DNA from: a virus
Strand: one strand, 5' to 3'
IMG/VR virus record: IMGVR_UViG_3300024344_000002
Span: 9,325 to 73,324 of that record
Length of the DNA: 64,000 bases
Below are positions 57,401 through 63,998 of the stretch, piece after piece; position 1 is the first letter of the stretch; each line of letters opens with the position of its first letter. A program made the position numbers and the translations under genes. A model generated the notes under the pieces. That model did not search any database and was not told the DNA's origin. It worked only from the letters and a program-made list of their open reading frames with translations.

Positions 57401-58623
57401 ATACTTCTGGTAATTTTCGTTCATCAAATGTTTACGACCACGACTCAGATGTCTACCCGTTTTCAGGTTGCAACGAAACTGCTTGTGGCAATTCGCCAGA
57501 TTGTTATTTATACAAAGATCCTAGTAGTGATGAATTTACTTGTGTAAATCTAAAAAGCGCAACAGTAACATCTGGCGCTTCAATATCAATAAAAGATATG
57601 CATGACAATGGAGTTCCTAAATTTGGTGATGGAAAATTTGTAGCTCCAAACCTTCAAAAATCTTTATGTGAGCAATCAAGTAATTGTCAATTTGTTGAAG
57701 TTTACGGAAAATGTTATACGAAGGATAGATCTACGGTTGGAACTTGTGTATCTTCAGAAGGAGTTAGAACCACAACAAAACATGGAGCTTGTTCTGGAGC
57801 TTTCATACCAGAAGAAGTAGATGCAGACAGTGCTGATGAATGTTTAGAATCAAATGGAACAGTTCAAAATCAGTTCATTTGTATGGTAGATGATCAAGGT
57901 GGCACAATAAACACAACACATTCACAAGAGTGTCGTGTATTAGGTGGGACTCCAGTTTGGATAGGAACTCCTTTTGGTATAAGAGCCTCTTCGGAAAAAA
58001 CAAATATAGAAACTACACCCGAAAGAATTGTATCGCTTAGATCTCCTGAATCAATTTCTCTAGGTGGAACTGGAGCGATTGGAGAAGCTAGAAGGATGTA
58101 CAAAGGTGTTATAGCGGCTGGAGATCCTAAAGCAGAAGGCGCTGGAAAAGTAGAGCTTTGCTACGACCGAGAAGGAAAAATGTATGATAGACCCGAAGAA
58201 TCATGTGGCGCATGTAGTGATGCAAACAAGGTTACGAAAGAAGAATGTTTAGCGCAAAAAAATGATAAAGGTGAGCCGATAAATCAATGGGAGGCATATA
58301 ATTTTAGTAGAACAAGTTACACTGATCCATACGCAGAATTATATCCATCGTGGAGTAGGCATGGAGGCCAATTTAGTGTTATAGTAGGGTATCCACCCCC
58401 ATTAGATGATTGCGCACAAGGAAATAGTAGCACTCCTGTTAACATGGAATATTGGTTCTTTTTCCCTCAAAAATGTGTAAATGCAAGAGGTCCAATGACA
58501 GGGTATGAATGTGGAGACAAGTGCTACGACACCTATATAGGGCCAATGGCTACAAGTATCAAATATGACTTTGGTTTAGATATGGATGGAAATGCCCCGA
58601 TCAAGGTCAACATAACAGAATAG
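48412..58623 (+). CDS. Giant cysteine-rich protein (3403 aa), probable tail-tip/receptor-binding protein
   Basis: Uninterrupted 10.2-kb ORF with many C-x(8-11)-C-x3-GG-x-W-type repeats and two FCCH-like beta modules. Confidence 0.65.
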   Translation: MGVGDPWDTSYDPTNPKKRNRASGKLAWGPDVSDEYSYTEAHEHRGAGRFCKEGCGCVDLSCNSITGATCSLPPEIVITLVKGETGRVEARAGVSGGDVWHLKYTNGLYRGRKCCTSDDTKVTGDVDNFDEFGNQKEFDESTAPFSLRTPRNCDPCKVTTLPNGKESQCWRGQNKYLGEVSASEDGNGTSEWEGEYTGRPDYEKALSGEGTWPRSFEELSLTPDEWGQALNSDSKTDVDHVINEDGTITVTEEEDSLHKNDLYTGSSLIEDAHYVCYNEDGHVITASSGRCGRGTPVFDEPAHKRQITHISKCFHDGQIPAAKKPKCRNIQTGKDIEVSGYNYCTGSMQYTYAFAHCVKKDTQFEPTEAGVGTDKKSCESGGDRWITLNEIINHCQSKFDESGVSSVWLDSEAGCQLRGVCKAKNTGEIIEGIDNEKECREEEPKNHFLAHQWVDWERDPESCCGGMMTSESHPSHTPQVSGGFANTRKNNVCFTPYRELVLTPDGISGTDAPIHAEAGCVAIQNQEERITIHADTESYWTVTLRECGFWADCFNDQGERNTSVYGKNQMGCGEELMLYFPMDQFLNCSDFNLTLSDKNTLNSGWSEVQQRWNSNMSHYFGNPAGFFPGNPEDPEDGKHWCAWPNPQFLESSEDAICERYTYQESGKPIPRNHNPLGHLKLKAFNYRPQPFKATEKTQNYAKGVEQAVNDHRYWQKCAAQKAGGGGKWFINMGLDYWFTHDFLYKNATPAVCESVSQGVRDAIDGLEGSLTSHACGISLGWDAWQKSEANLEACDCGGEAGKSPIPSRCKTENEDSSTFSYKTLSDEFTEDDCKRGGGEVQICCEDERGCSRPITWTLDLVKEGSKCRVPPVFNETVNTGTCRCVVEVEGEGDVPEYRVEESQLPSQPESEDDEAENCKSKGLEEGKTCIWFGDEIIDDEGNALPPTDEDLCREVGESQDTGGEIFTASALTRPANDEGECTCTLSKECAQGEWTERRSFSQAVLTVDAHCEPVFPVPSNIVAAATDSRIVGERGITISGHTADQVGQNDGDRVHAIHNDSLDYWGKTGLFPKGEGLISFVNNHCIGTGREVSVQDASNTSPITVTSRNHRLVEGTKVMTYGIIGNFAANVLSNRDWQEMQYQDKIYTPCTGDSCDDIMFPGAKCPGVYKEDGTYECPDEFLACYGSVIMGRDPDPAPWFVAKNITRDTFDLFACDGKPIDGTINAFANLPELERLGCDDGVCIMGDIEQTILQEQKTELTLKYTDGTIVPFAEADEEKLNGELPKITSFPDICVSKRNFLEKKVRDKKLGEVRLTPEQLKEQEFCKTKRNEEDEDLEGPFKITNVIGIYDDPETPEKEGGGRQSCERYGFCKVMKKTGEKTTHEMSMTKEECFELAKHYRLYPNEGTASCERDDTRCVHPTKKSCIIDNTIQVEPYGDCGTCSEGDHKHKADCLEESGDPVWTPGKLVDFEIQQEFKTQSNCQVEKEGTWIEEKTLLPQIDKDSCTGTQRHNGKDRILAWSEGNYHTCVQNNGEGDGAFSGCWAQHRFGPAPPESNMEIDTDVDAHSFISYKTCPYTGAFAVMLDDEGVNAGYVSHYTKEEIDELYHPGWDGIGYKYEHRAQDWYMQVEQKGTCPVCCDHFLPHTLNATLTAQDSSWNRVGCGRDICRPEFVGHQGYCCSDTFHGCNISDIPHCETGFCDKPDNHSKVECEAAEGTWKGNWETYGKCIHGETGERLIRYRKDDCDKVVDSDGEIIGEFEPLKRPEDCDMFIRKRPNVMGTTNCRDCGCIYRDSQNAPIKNDPCCPNCECMTNDQDVRLFAMDYPYWTCREIEDYMINEGIECGLDEVGVEHNFGLTTATCKFYSGSDDNCAGVSCGNFFDEANCVDDDVNNCCQWHGFDAPEDDGKCCVTHDGVPDCAEICRNEDTQARIGNFVTDEATCSASGGVIASGETGSDYDTCEIDEDGDPTGNSWTTGECKKAPAGEEDGRYDWSYEPCICYPEKVSHDCHPGQLCTEGFEGSCLRDGISSSPKDNCLGVGGKCDCSSASDPTACGDAETSTEETCKEAGGKFYYPQGCGPRHISTDFQLDCYDLANSCKQLGADETVPGFGSMSMPLEFNGVTWASTWHKMNNVGMKSCHMITYPEHCSTGWACVNVAGSVARATLAIKGDCLKKLNPDWEKNPDKSIDPDEWDACLQDTCKANSWYGEGPGRIETARTTRPAINTKCNGCDQAIFGLSAGLHDVGPPTEEHDAFFTRLLLGCGSTIGSASAHDGDAMIQGGFDNTDSYRRSGMELWMEIMNCSYWNADDTVINEPMEIAGMPPIYPGANSDGCWSGRKVNDERDKLTIGEGRFKYYKAGNICILGGGPEWPCTGCCTYTGPTQPTAVARSGASALYGMEVCATGGDVKQANDCQQVGMKLYPDKPAETFNVYYVKDVQEDGSGTLVVGAYGPTFGGRYCAYEAGATVGIGMADKAEAEGGAVYHEKQGRVRNRQSRNPFLPFGGTKLTEAIPDGNLNYSDMSRGRGDKPFMEIKVADVTKLISAAHKYDRHLGDYSRSLNSSGELSGIDGKKPKTLPSPYGLHPWPVDTVQDTRGSLRRGLPDSSIQQHPLRVESLALDELGHVMIPGRVGPIPTAEYLNKYSEYKEVKMGGGHDGATTSTPIPVHDSREPAGIKSYRNVYDIPDENDPDPSRGYCTNGSYTSKKVCEKNNSKWIYPFSHTVIETVLDHDLNDGEKVLVSGSIMYRATCKGVTLGECYDYNNPNITKNIQNPNDCMVGKCIDPLTGNEVYDANNDPIKYEDACSQAAQSNSADYQFVPNGIWRTVAEDSELDEYLCEDVFGGEWVIGRRNLDKTSRGEFEDPFNNEPKILPTGQYEEGCPIGCRINAFYTNQACQPPTKDNPDGKCLLCHEVEIIEKDASGGEVVREVTRCPYHDIDDMHIVRLRHCQNALFNTKEDCESNGWQWYPIPLESNEFAIHGELNYDVHETPYLKIAEEYTSGNFRSSNVYDHDSDVYPFSGCNETACGNSPDCYLYKDPSSDEFTCVNLKSATVTSGASISIKDMHDNGVPKFGDGKFVAPNLQKSLCEQSSNCQFVEVYGKCYTKDRSTVGTCVSSEGVRTTTKHGACSGAFIPEEVDADSADECLESNGTVQNQFICMVDDQGGTINTTHSQECRVLGGTPVWIGTPFGIRASSEKTNIETTPERIVSLRSPESISLGGTGAIGEARRMYKGVIAAGDPKAEGAGKVELCYDREGKMYDRPEESCGACSDANKVTKEECLAQKNDKGEPINQWEAYNFSRTSYTDPYAELYPSWSRHGGQFSVIVGYPPPLDDCAQGNSSTPVNMEYWFFFPQKCVNARGPMTGYECGDKCYDTYIGPMATSIKYDFGLDMDGNAPIKVNITE

Positions 58624-58634
58624 TAGGAGCGAAA

Positions 58635-59318
58635 ATGGCAAAAGGATTCTTTAAAACAGAAGAAGAAGAGTACCATCAACAGATGAGTAATCTTCAAAAA
58701 GAAGTCGATAGGTTAAACCAGATCCCAAGTAGAAGGCCAGATATCAGGGATTCTGATACGCTATTAAAAAAATGGGACGAAGTAAGAGAACCGCCTAAAC
58801 ATGTAACACCATGTCAATGTGACTTTAAAAAAGAATTTATAAAATGCCCAAGGCATAAAGCAATAAAGACTAAACATTTACACACATTATGCCAAACTAG
58901 GCTAGACTATTTTAATATGTGGGAAGAGGGAATAGGACCTAATCAAGACCCGGTTATGAGATATAACTTTGTTAATGAATACCCTGTTACTGATACACAA
59001 GTTAAACGACGCGAGGAAAAGTGGCAGGCAGAAATGGATGGGATAATGGCAACTCAAGATAATAAAGAAAAAAGCAGAGAAGAAGAAGAAGAAAAAGCTA
59101 CCAAAGGATTCTTTATGGGTGACCCAGAAATACCTAAAGAATCTAGAGGTTTAGGTGATACTGTAGCAAAGATAACAAAAGCAACTGGTATAAAAAAGGT
59201 TGTAGACAGTGTATTTGGTGCTATGAATAAAGATTGTGGATGTAAGGAACGACAAAGTAAACTCAATAAGCTTTTCCCTTATGGTAAGCCCAAGAAAACA
59301 AAAGGCTTTTTTGAGTAA
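58635..59318 (+). CDS. Cys/His-containing hypothetical protein with GLGDT...CGC domain
   Basis: CQC..CPRH...HLHTLC and SRGLGDTVAKITKATGIK...DCGCKERQSKLNKLFPY. Three KGFF motifs. Confidence 0.6.
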   Translation: MAKGFFKTEEEEYHQQMSNLQKEVDRLNQIPSRRPDIRDSDTLLKKWDEVREPPKHVTPCQCDFKKEFIKCPRHKAIKTKHLHTLCQTRLDYFNMWEEGIGPNQDPVMRYNFVNEYPVTDTQVKRREEKWQAEMDGIMATQDNKEKSREEEEEKATKGFFMGDPEIPKESRGLGDTVAKITKATGIKKVVDSVFGAMNKDCGCKERQSKLNKLFPYGKPKKTKGFFE

Positions 59319-59329
59319 TGGTGTATAAT
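59319..59329 (+). promoter_or_regulatory. Putative late promoter TGGTGTATAAT
   Basis: Exact motif immediately after the upstream stop codon. Confidence 0.7.
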
Positions 59330-59365
59330 ATTATAGAAAACAACTCTCTCTAAGGGGATTTTGAT

Positions 59366-60049
59366 ATGGCATCAATTAACTTTTACGCTGGAGGTACATC
59401 CATTAATAACCTTTCAGGCTCTGGCTTGGGGTTTTTTGGAGGTTCTTTTGGCCAATCAGTTCAGTTGAATACTTTTCAGTCTACGACTTTTATAACAGAT
59501 GGTAATGGTACTACAAATGGTGGTACTGCTAATAACTGCAAATATTCAACAGACACTAAGTCTTTTGCAAACGGTATAGTACCAGCTACTGGCTTATTGT
59601 ATATACCAAATGAAAAAGCTACTTTAAATGTACGATTTACTAATGATAGCGCAGTTAGAACACAGAACTGCAAGCTTAGAATTTTTGACAGAGTAAACAA
59701 AGATCATCCTGCTAGTGGGGTCATAACAAGAGTCGCAGAACTACTTCATACTTCAAATTCCTATTTAATTGAGGGATCAGGAGATAGTACATGGTTTGGT
59801 AGTGCAACAGATAGCACAACTCCTAACCCAAGCACTAGACTCCCTACTGGTACTAACACTGTAGGTGGTAGCGGTGTCATTGTTTCTCTAGCTCAGTCTC
59901 CCGGCCCAAGCGGTATGTACGCTGGAAATGGTGCATCTAACACTGGACAGTACACTCAGCACGACTGGTACGTTGCTATTACGGCTTCTCCAGACAGTAT
60001 AGGTAGTAAGACCCAATACGGTCTTTATGTAGAGTTAGAATATCTCTAA
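59366..60049 (+). CDS. Probable abundant virion structural protein
   Basis: S/G/T/N-rich beta protein ending HDWYVAITASPDSIGSKTQYGLYVELEYL. Own promoter motif and terminator. Confidence 0.55.
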   Translation: MASINFYAGGTSINNLSGSGLGFFGGSFGQSVQLNTFQSTTFITDGNGTTNGGTANNCKYSTDTKSFANGIVPATGLLYIPNEKATLNVRFTNDSAVRTQNCKLRIFDRVNKDHPASGVITRVAELLHTSNSYLIEGSGDSTWFGSATDSTTPNPSTRLPTGTNTVGGSGVIVSLAQSPGPSGMYAGNGASNTGQYTQHDWYVAITASPDSIGSKTQYGLYVELEYL

Positions 60050-60071
60050 AGGCTACCTTTTTGTAAGCACT

Positions 60072-60103
60072 AAAAAACCCCGCCAGCAATGACGGGGTTT
60101 TTT
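60072..60103. terminator. Bidirectional rho-independent terminator
   Basis: AAAAAACCCCG...CGGGGTTTTTT between convergent genes. Confidence 0.85.
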
Positions 60104-60105
60104 CT

Positions 60106-60435
60106 TTACTCTTCTTTTTGAGTATCTGGGTTCCATTTAACCCATCCACCATCAGGAAGCCAATTGCCTTCTTTGTCTTTGCGTTTTGGAAATAATCTTC
60201 CACCCTTCTTCATCACGCCAAATGCTAGCTTTGCTCCGCAATCCACACATCTAGCTTCGTAATAAAGATTGTCATCTACATTTCTCACTTGAAATCTAAT
60301 GTTCTCGCTACCGCATTTACCACACTTAGTTTCAGCAAAAATTTCTTGGAAGTTAGCTAATTGCTGAAACAGTTCAATTTGAGTGTCTGCTTCAATTTCA
60401 ACGCTAATCTTGCCGCTTGTATAAGTTACTTTCAT
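60106..60435 (-). CDS. Zinc-ribbon protein
   Basis: CGKCGSEN and CVDCGAKL. C-terminal LFPKRKD...GWVKW. Confidence 0.65.
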   Translation of the reverse strand: MKVTYTSGKISVEIEADTQIELFQQLANFQEIFAETKCGKCGSENIRFQVRNVDDNLYYEARCVDCGAKLAFGVMKKGGRLFPKRKDKEGNWLPDGGWVKWNPDTQKEE

Positions 60436-61355
60436 TACTCTCTCCAGTTAGCTTTATAGCCTTTAATTTTTTCTGGTATTTCAGTTCCCTGCTGATAAGC
60501 ATTAAGGGCTTTGACCATTTTCTTAGCACAGTCTTTTGTTACTTCGCTTATAGTACTATACGTATATTCGCCCATGTTAATGAAGCCAAAAGCATCAACA
60601 TCCAAAGTGCTACATTTGTTATCAATGAACTGAATTTGTTGACTGCTAATTTGTCTGTCAGCTTCATAGTCTCCTGAAGTTGGAGATTTCTTAACTGACT
60701 CTTGCACTATGTTCACTATGTCTTTTTTGGCTAATTCTTCAGCAGCTAGACATCTGATTTTCAAAGCTTTTCTTAAAGCTCTCCCTTCAGCCCTTGTGCT
60801 AGCAGTAGCGACAGGATGAGCGCAGAACAAATCATCAGTATTACCATGCCACACATCCGCTACTTCCTTGAATGTCCTAACTTGTCCTGTATTCATCCAA
60901 TCAAAAACAACTTTAAATACTACGGTAGCTCTGTCAGGAGCTAATCCGTCAGTTGCTGGAAATACCTGTTCTGGGCCAGATTCAATAATGTCGCCAAGTA
61001 ATAATTCAGCGACTCTTCTCAGTCCTGCACAAATAGGATTGCCATCAATTAATTCGTTTGAATGAAAGTGAGCCATTACATACTCATTCCATTCATCGCT
61101 AAACATTGAAGGACGATTGCTTTCGCTTGAATCTTCTTTAATTACTGCTGGTTCTTCCAATGTTTCTTCGCTGTCAAAAATTTCAGCGTCATCAAAAACA
61201 TCTGAAGCTACTTGAGATGTTACAAAATCTTCGTCTTTAGCCATAACAGCCTCCACTAATTCAATTAGGTCACTCTTCTTGGCTCCGTTTGGAATAGCGC
61301 AGTTATGCTCTTCCAAAATTTGCCTCAATTCTTTTACGGTTTTATTATTGTACAT
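60435..61355 (-). CDS. SAP/HeH domain plus Rad52/Sak-like ssDNA annealing protein
   Basis: N-terminal KTVKELRQIL...AKKSDLIELV and core VATASTRAEGRALRKAL. Confidence 0.5.
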   Translation of the reverse strand: MYNNKTVKELRQILEEHNCAIPNGAKKSDLIELVEAVMAKDEDFVTSQVASDVFDDAEIFDSEETLEEPAVIKEDSSESNRPSMFSDEWNEYVMAHFHSNELIDGNPICAGLRRVAELLLGDIIESGPEQVFPATDGLAPDRATVVFKVVFDWMNTGQVRTFKEVADVWHGNTDDLFCAHPVATASTRAEGRALRKALKIRCLAAEELAKKDIVNIVQESVKKSPTSGDYEADRQISSQQIQFIDNKCSTLDVDAFGFINMGEYTYSTISEVTKDCAKKMVKALNAYQQGTEIPEKIKGYKANWRE

Positions 61356-61357
61356 AT

Positions 61358-62146
61358 TTAGGTTTCTATTTCAATAAGTCTTTTTGATGGAACAGGGAAT
61401 TTTTTCTGTATTTTTTTCAACTCAATAACAATGGCTTCAAGCGCATCCCTCATGTTTTTAGAGGACAAATTGCGAATTACGTTTTTCACTCGTAAAACGA
61501 CAAATCCTCTGTTGATTAGAAGACCTGCTTTTTGTGCATCTGCTCTGATGTGACGTTCTAAATTTTGTTGACCCCAGATTGGTAAGAAATGAGCTGGCCC
61601 ATCAATTTCAATAGCTGTTTTCATTTCTGGAAGGAACAGGTCTACTTCAAGCTTGTCATTGGCAATTAATCCCCTCTTATGAAAGATAACGTGATAACCT
61701 AGAGCTGTCAAACCCTCATACACAAATTTTTCAATTTTAGACCCTTCTTTACTGGCTTTTCTTACGGCCTCAGCCGCTAGCTTTCTAAGGTTTGCCTTGT
61801 CCGCATCAGACATTTCTGCCCATTGCTTCTTTGAAAGTTCTGAACGTCTTTTACGTTCACCGTCTTCCATTTCATCCCAATAACTAGCCATTCCATTACT
61901 GATAGCCACTTTTTCCGCCTCAGTTCTTTTCTTTCCTCTAGTTGGATGTTCATGCCTACCGCTGTTAATAGCTACAGTCTGAGCTGCACTCTTGTCTCTT
62001 AAAGGCACTCCTAAAGTGTTTAACGCCCTTCTGATTTTATTTGGGTAGGTCTTAAGCTCTTGAGCTATTTCGTATGTACTCTTTTCTTCATCTACATATT
62101 GCTCAATGATGTATTCTTTATGCTTGTTTATGAACGCGCTGCTCAT
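61358..62146 (-). CDS. HTH/NUMOD3 plus Vsr/DUF559-like PD-(D/E)xK endonuclease
   Basis: KSTYEIAQEL HTH, RGKKRTEAEKVAIS, and EVDLFLP..TAIEIDGPAHF...DAQK...GFVVLRV. Confidence 0.7.
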   Translation of the reverse strand: MSSAFINKHKEYIIEQYVDEEKSTYEIAQELKTYPNKIRRALNTLGVPLRDKSAAQTVAINSGRHEHPTRGKKRTEAEKVAISNGMASYWDEMEDGERKRRSELSKKQWAEMSDADKANLRKLAAEAVRKASKEGSKIEKFVYEGLTALGYHVIFHKRGLIANDKLEVDLFLPEMKTAIEIDGPAHFLPIWGQQNLERHIRADAQKAGLLINRGFVVLRVKNVIRNLSSKNMRDALEAIVIELKKIQKKFPVPSKRLIEIET

Positions 62147-62615
62147 TTTCTATAATCCTTTTGAAATTTTTTATGTTAAAATTTTGTACAATATGGTCTA
62201 CCTTTTTATTACAATAGTTTTCTATTGCTTTTGCGTGGCTTTTACTTCTAGCAACAAGTAGAACTTCTTCGTTGGTAAATGCTTTTATATTGTCTTCAAA
62301 ACTTTTTCCATGCCTTCTCGTCCATTCTAAATCCCATACATAGAATATTTTCTTAGCAGGGCTAAAAGCTTTTATCATCGACAAGGTGCTAGAAACAGAA
62401 GTTGCTATCAAAACACCATGAAAACTCCAAAGCTCATTTATAGCCATAGTGGAGAATTTTGGATTAACAATTGAAGAAGTTGAATTTTCAAAAAAGACAA
62501 CGTAGTCGTCTTTAGTATTATCTAGTTCTTCATTGAAATTGTTTATAATATCAAATGCTAACTGACTAGCTGTTAGCTCATCAATGACTACTCCTATTTG
62601 GTTAGTCTTTTGCAT
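62118..62615 (-). CDS. Hypothetical protein, possibly a glycosyltransferase-like Rossmann domain
   Basis: IFYVWDLEW and LVARSKSHAKAI. Start placed at MQKTNQIG, overlapping the upstream gene. Confidence 0.45.
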   Translation of the reverse strand: MQKTNQIGVVIDELTASQLAFDIINNFNEELDNTKDDYVVFFENSTSSIVNPKFSTMAINELWSFHGVLIATSVSSTLSMIKAFSPAKKIFYVWDLEWTRRHGKSFEDNIKAFTNEEVLLVARSKSHAKAIENYCNKKVDHIVQNFNIKNFKRIIENEQRVHKQA

Positions 62616-63555
62616 TTGCAGCCTCTCTGTTTGCAATATACCATTCAACAGTCCTTCTGATACCCTCTTGTACTTCTAGGCTATCAATTTCAATAATTTC
62701 TTGCATCTTGGTAGTATCAAGAAGTTTTTTCATTTGTCCATCTGGTTTTTCAGTATTCCAGAATACTTCACCTTTATAGTCAGTAGCACTAACAATATAT
62801 TCCACCAAAGTCTTGATGCTTATATCTTTACCAGTACCAATATTTAAAGGTGTTGTATTGTCCTCATAATTTTGTAGAGCCAAGACAATTGCTTCTGCTG
62901 CATCTTCAACGTACATAAATTCTCTCATAGGAGCGCCAGTTCCCCAACACTCTACTTGATCGTTTTCGTCTACAATAGCTTCTACAAATTTTCTTATTAA
63001 TGCCCCTACTACTTTTGTTCTAACTAGATTAAAAGTATCATGTGGACCATATAGGTTAGTAACACATACTGAAACTGAATTAAACTCATATTGTTCATTG
63101 TAAGCTTCAGACGCTGCTTGTAATATTCTTTTTGCAATACCATGCGCTCTAATAGTCTTGTTTGGAAGACCATTCCAGAATGTATCTTCTTTTAAGACTT
63201 CCATTCCGGTATCAGGATACGCACATGATGTCATAATGTTAATTAGTTTTTTAACGTTTGTATATTCACATGCATGATGTATGTTTAAAGCCATTATAGA
63301 ATTAGAATAAAGGATATCCGCAGGGTACATCCTATTGAACTCAATACCGCCATTGTAACCAGCAGCATGAATAACGTAGTCAGGTTTGTTAGAATCTAGA
63401 AATCCGATTAAGTCATAAAGATTAAGTATATTAACTTCTTCACTTCTTAATACAATTGGTGTAGCACCTGCGTCAGAAACTGCTTTTACCAAAGCTGTTC
63501 CTAAAAACCCTTGACCACCTGTAATTAAAACTTTTGAATCAGTAAGATCTATCAT
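62602..63555 (-). CDS. fcl: GDP-L-fucose synthase-like NAD(P)-dependent epimerase/reductase
   Basis: VLITGGQGFLG, VIHAAGYNGGI, TSCAYP, HGIAK, NLYGPHD, WGTGAPMREFMYVEDAA and KPDGQMKKLLD. Confidence 0.75.
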   Translation of the reverse strand: MIDLTDSKVLITGGQGFLGTALVKAVSDAGATPIVLRSEEVNILNLYDLIGFLDSNKPDYVIHAAGYNGGIEFNRMYPADILYSNSIMALNIHHACEYTNVKKLINIMTSCAYPDTGMEVLKEDTFWNGLPNKTIRAHGIAKRILQAASEAYNEQYEFNSVSVCVTNLYGPHDTFNLVRTKVVGALIRKFVEAIVDENDQVECWGTGAPMREFMYVEDAAEAIVLALQNYEDNTTPLNIGTGKDISIKTLVEYIVSATDYKGEVFWNTEKPDGQMKKLLDTTKMQEIIEIDSLEVQEGIRRTVEWYIANREAANAKD

Positions 63556-63998
63556 GAATATTGATGCCTTATTTGTAAGATTGGAGCTACTTTTATTAGT
63601 TCTTTAATTCCGGTTTTCATATCTACATCACATGAAAAACCTTCATCTTCTAATTTATCATAACTGACAGCGTAATCCCTTTGGTCTGCGTCAGTTCCAA
63701 TTTCTTCATAGTGAACAAAACATCCAGTTTGTTCTTTTACATACTCTGCCAATTCTCTTTTTGTCCAGTTAAGATGATTAGCTCCGCAGTTGTAAACTTT
63801 ATGCTGCCAATTACCCATGTGTTCAAAACCCATAGTAAATGCCTTAGCCATATCTCTGACATGGATAAAAGTTCTTCTGAAGTCTGCTTGGAAAATAGTG
63901 AGTATATTATTTGTCATTGCTTGGTAAACAAAGTCGTTCACAAGCAAGTTCACCCGCATACATGGGCTGACACCAAACCCAGTAGCGAACCGAAAAGA
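63552..63998 (-). CDS. NAD-dependent nucleotide-sugar epimerase/dehydratase (N-terminus outside window)
   Basis: The frame is open to the window end (SFRFATGFGVSPCMRVNLLVNDF). RTFIHVRDMAKAF and DQRDYAVS. Confidence 0.8.
   Translation of the reverse strand, partial: SFRFATGFGVSPCMRVNLLVNDFVYQAMTNNILTIFQADFRRTFIHVRDMAKAFTMGFEHMGNWQHKVYNCGANHLNWTKRELAEYVKEQTGCFVHYEEIGTDADQRDYAVSYDKLEDEGFSCDVDMKTGIKELIKVAPILQIRHQYS

Noticed and set aside
1240-59700. Many short antisense and alternate-frame ORFs in the six-frame track (e.g. 4463..4891, 8969..9607, 30612..31394)
   Set aside because: They lie fully inside long coherent genes, have low-complexity mirror compositions and show no SD or recognisable motifs.
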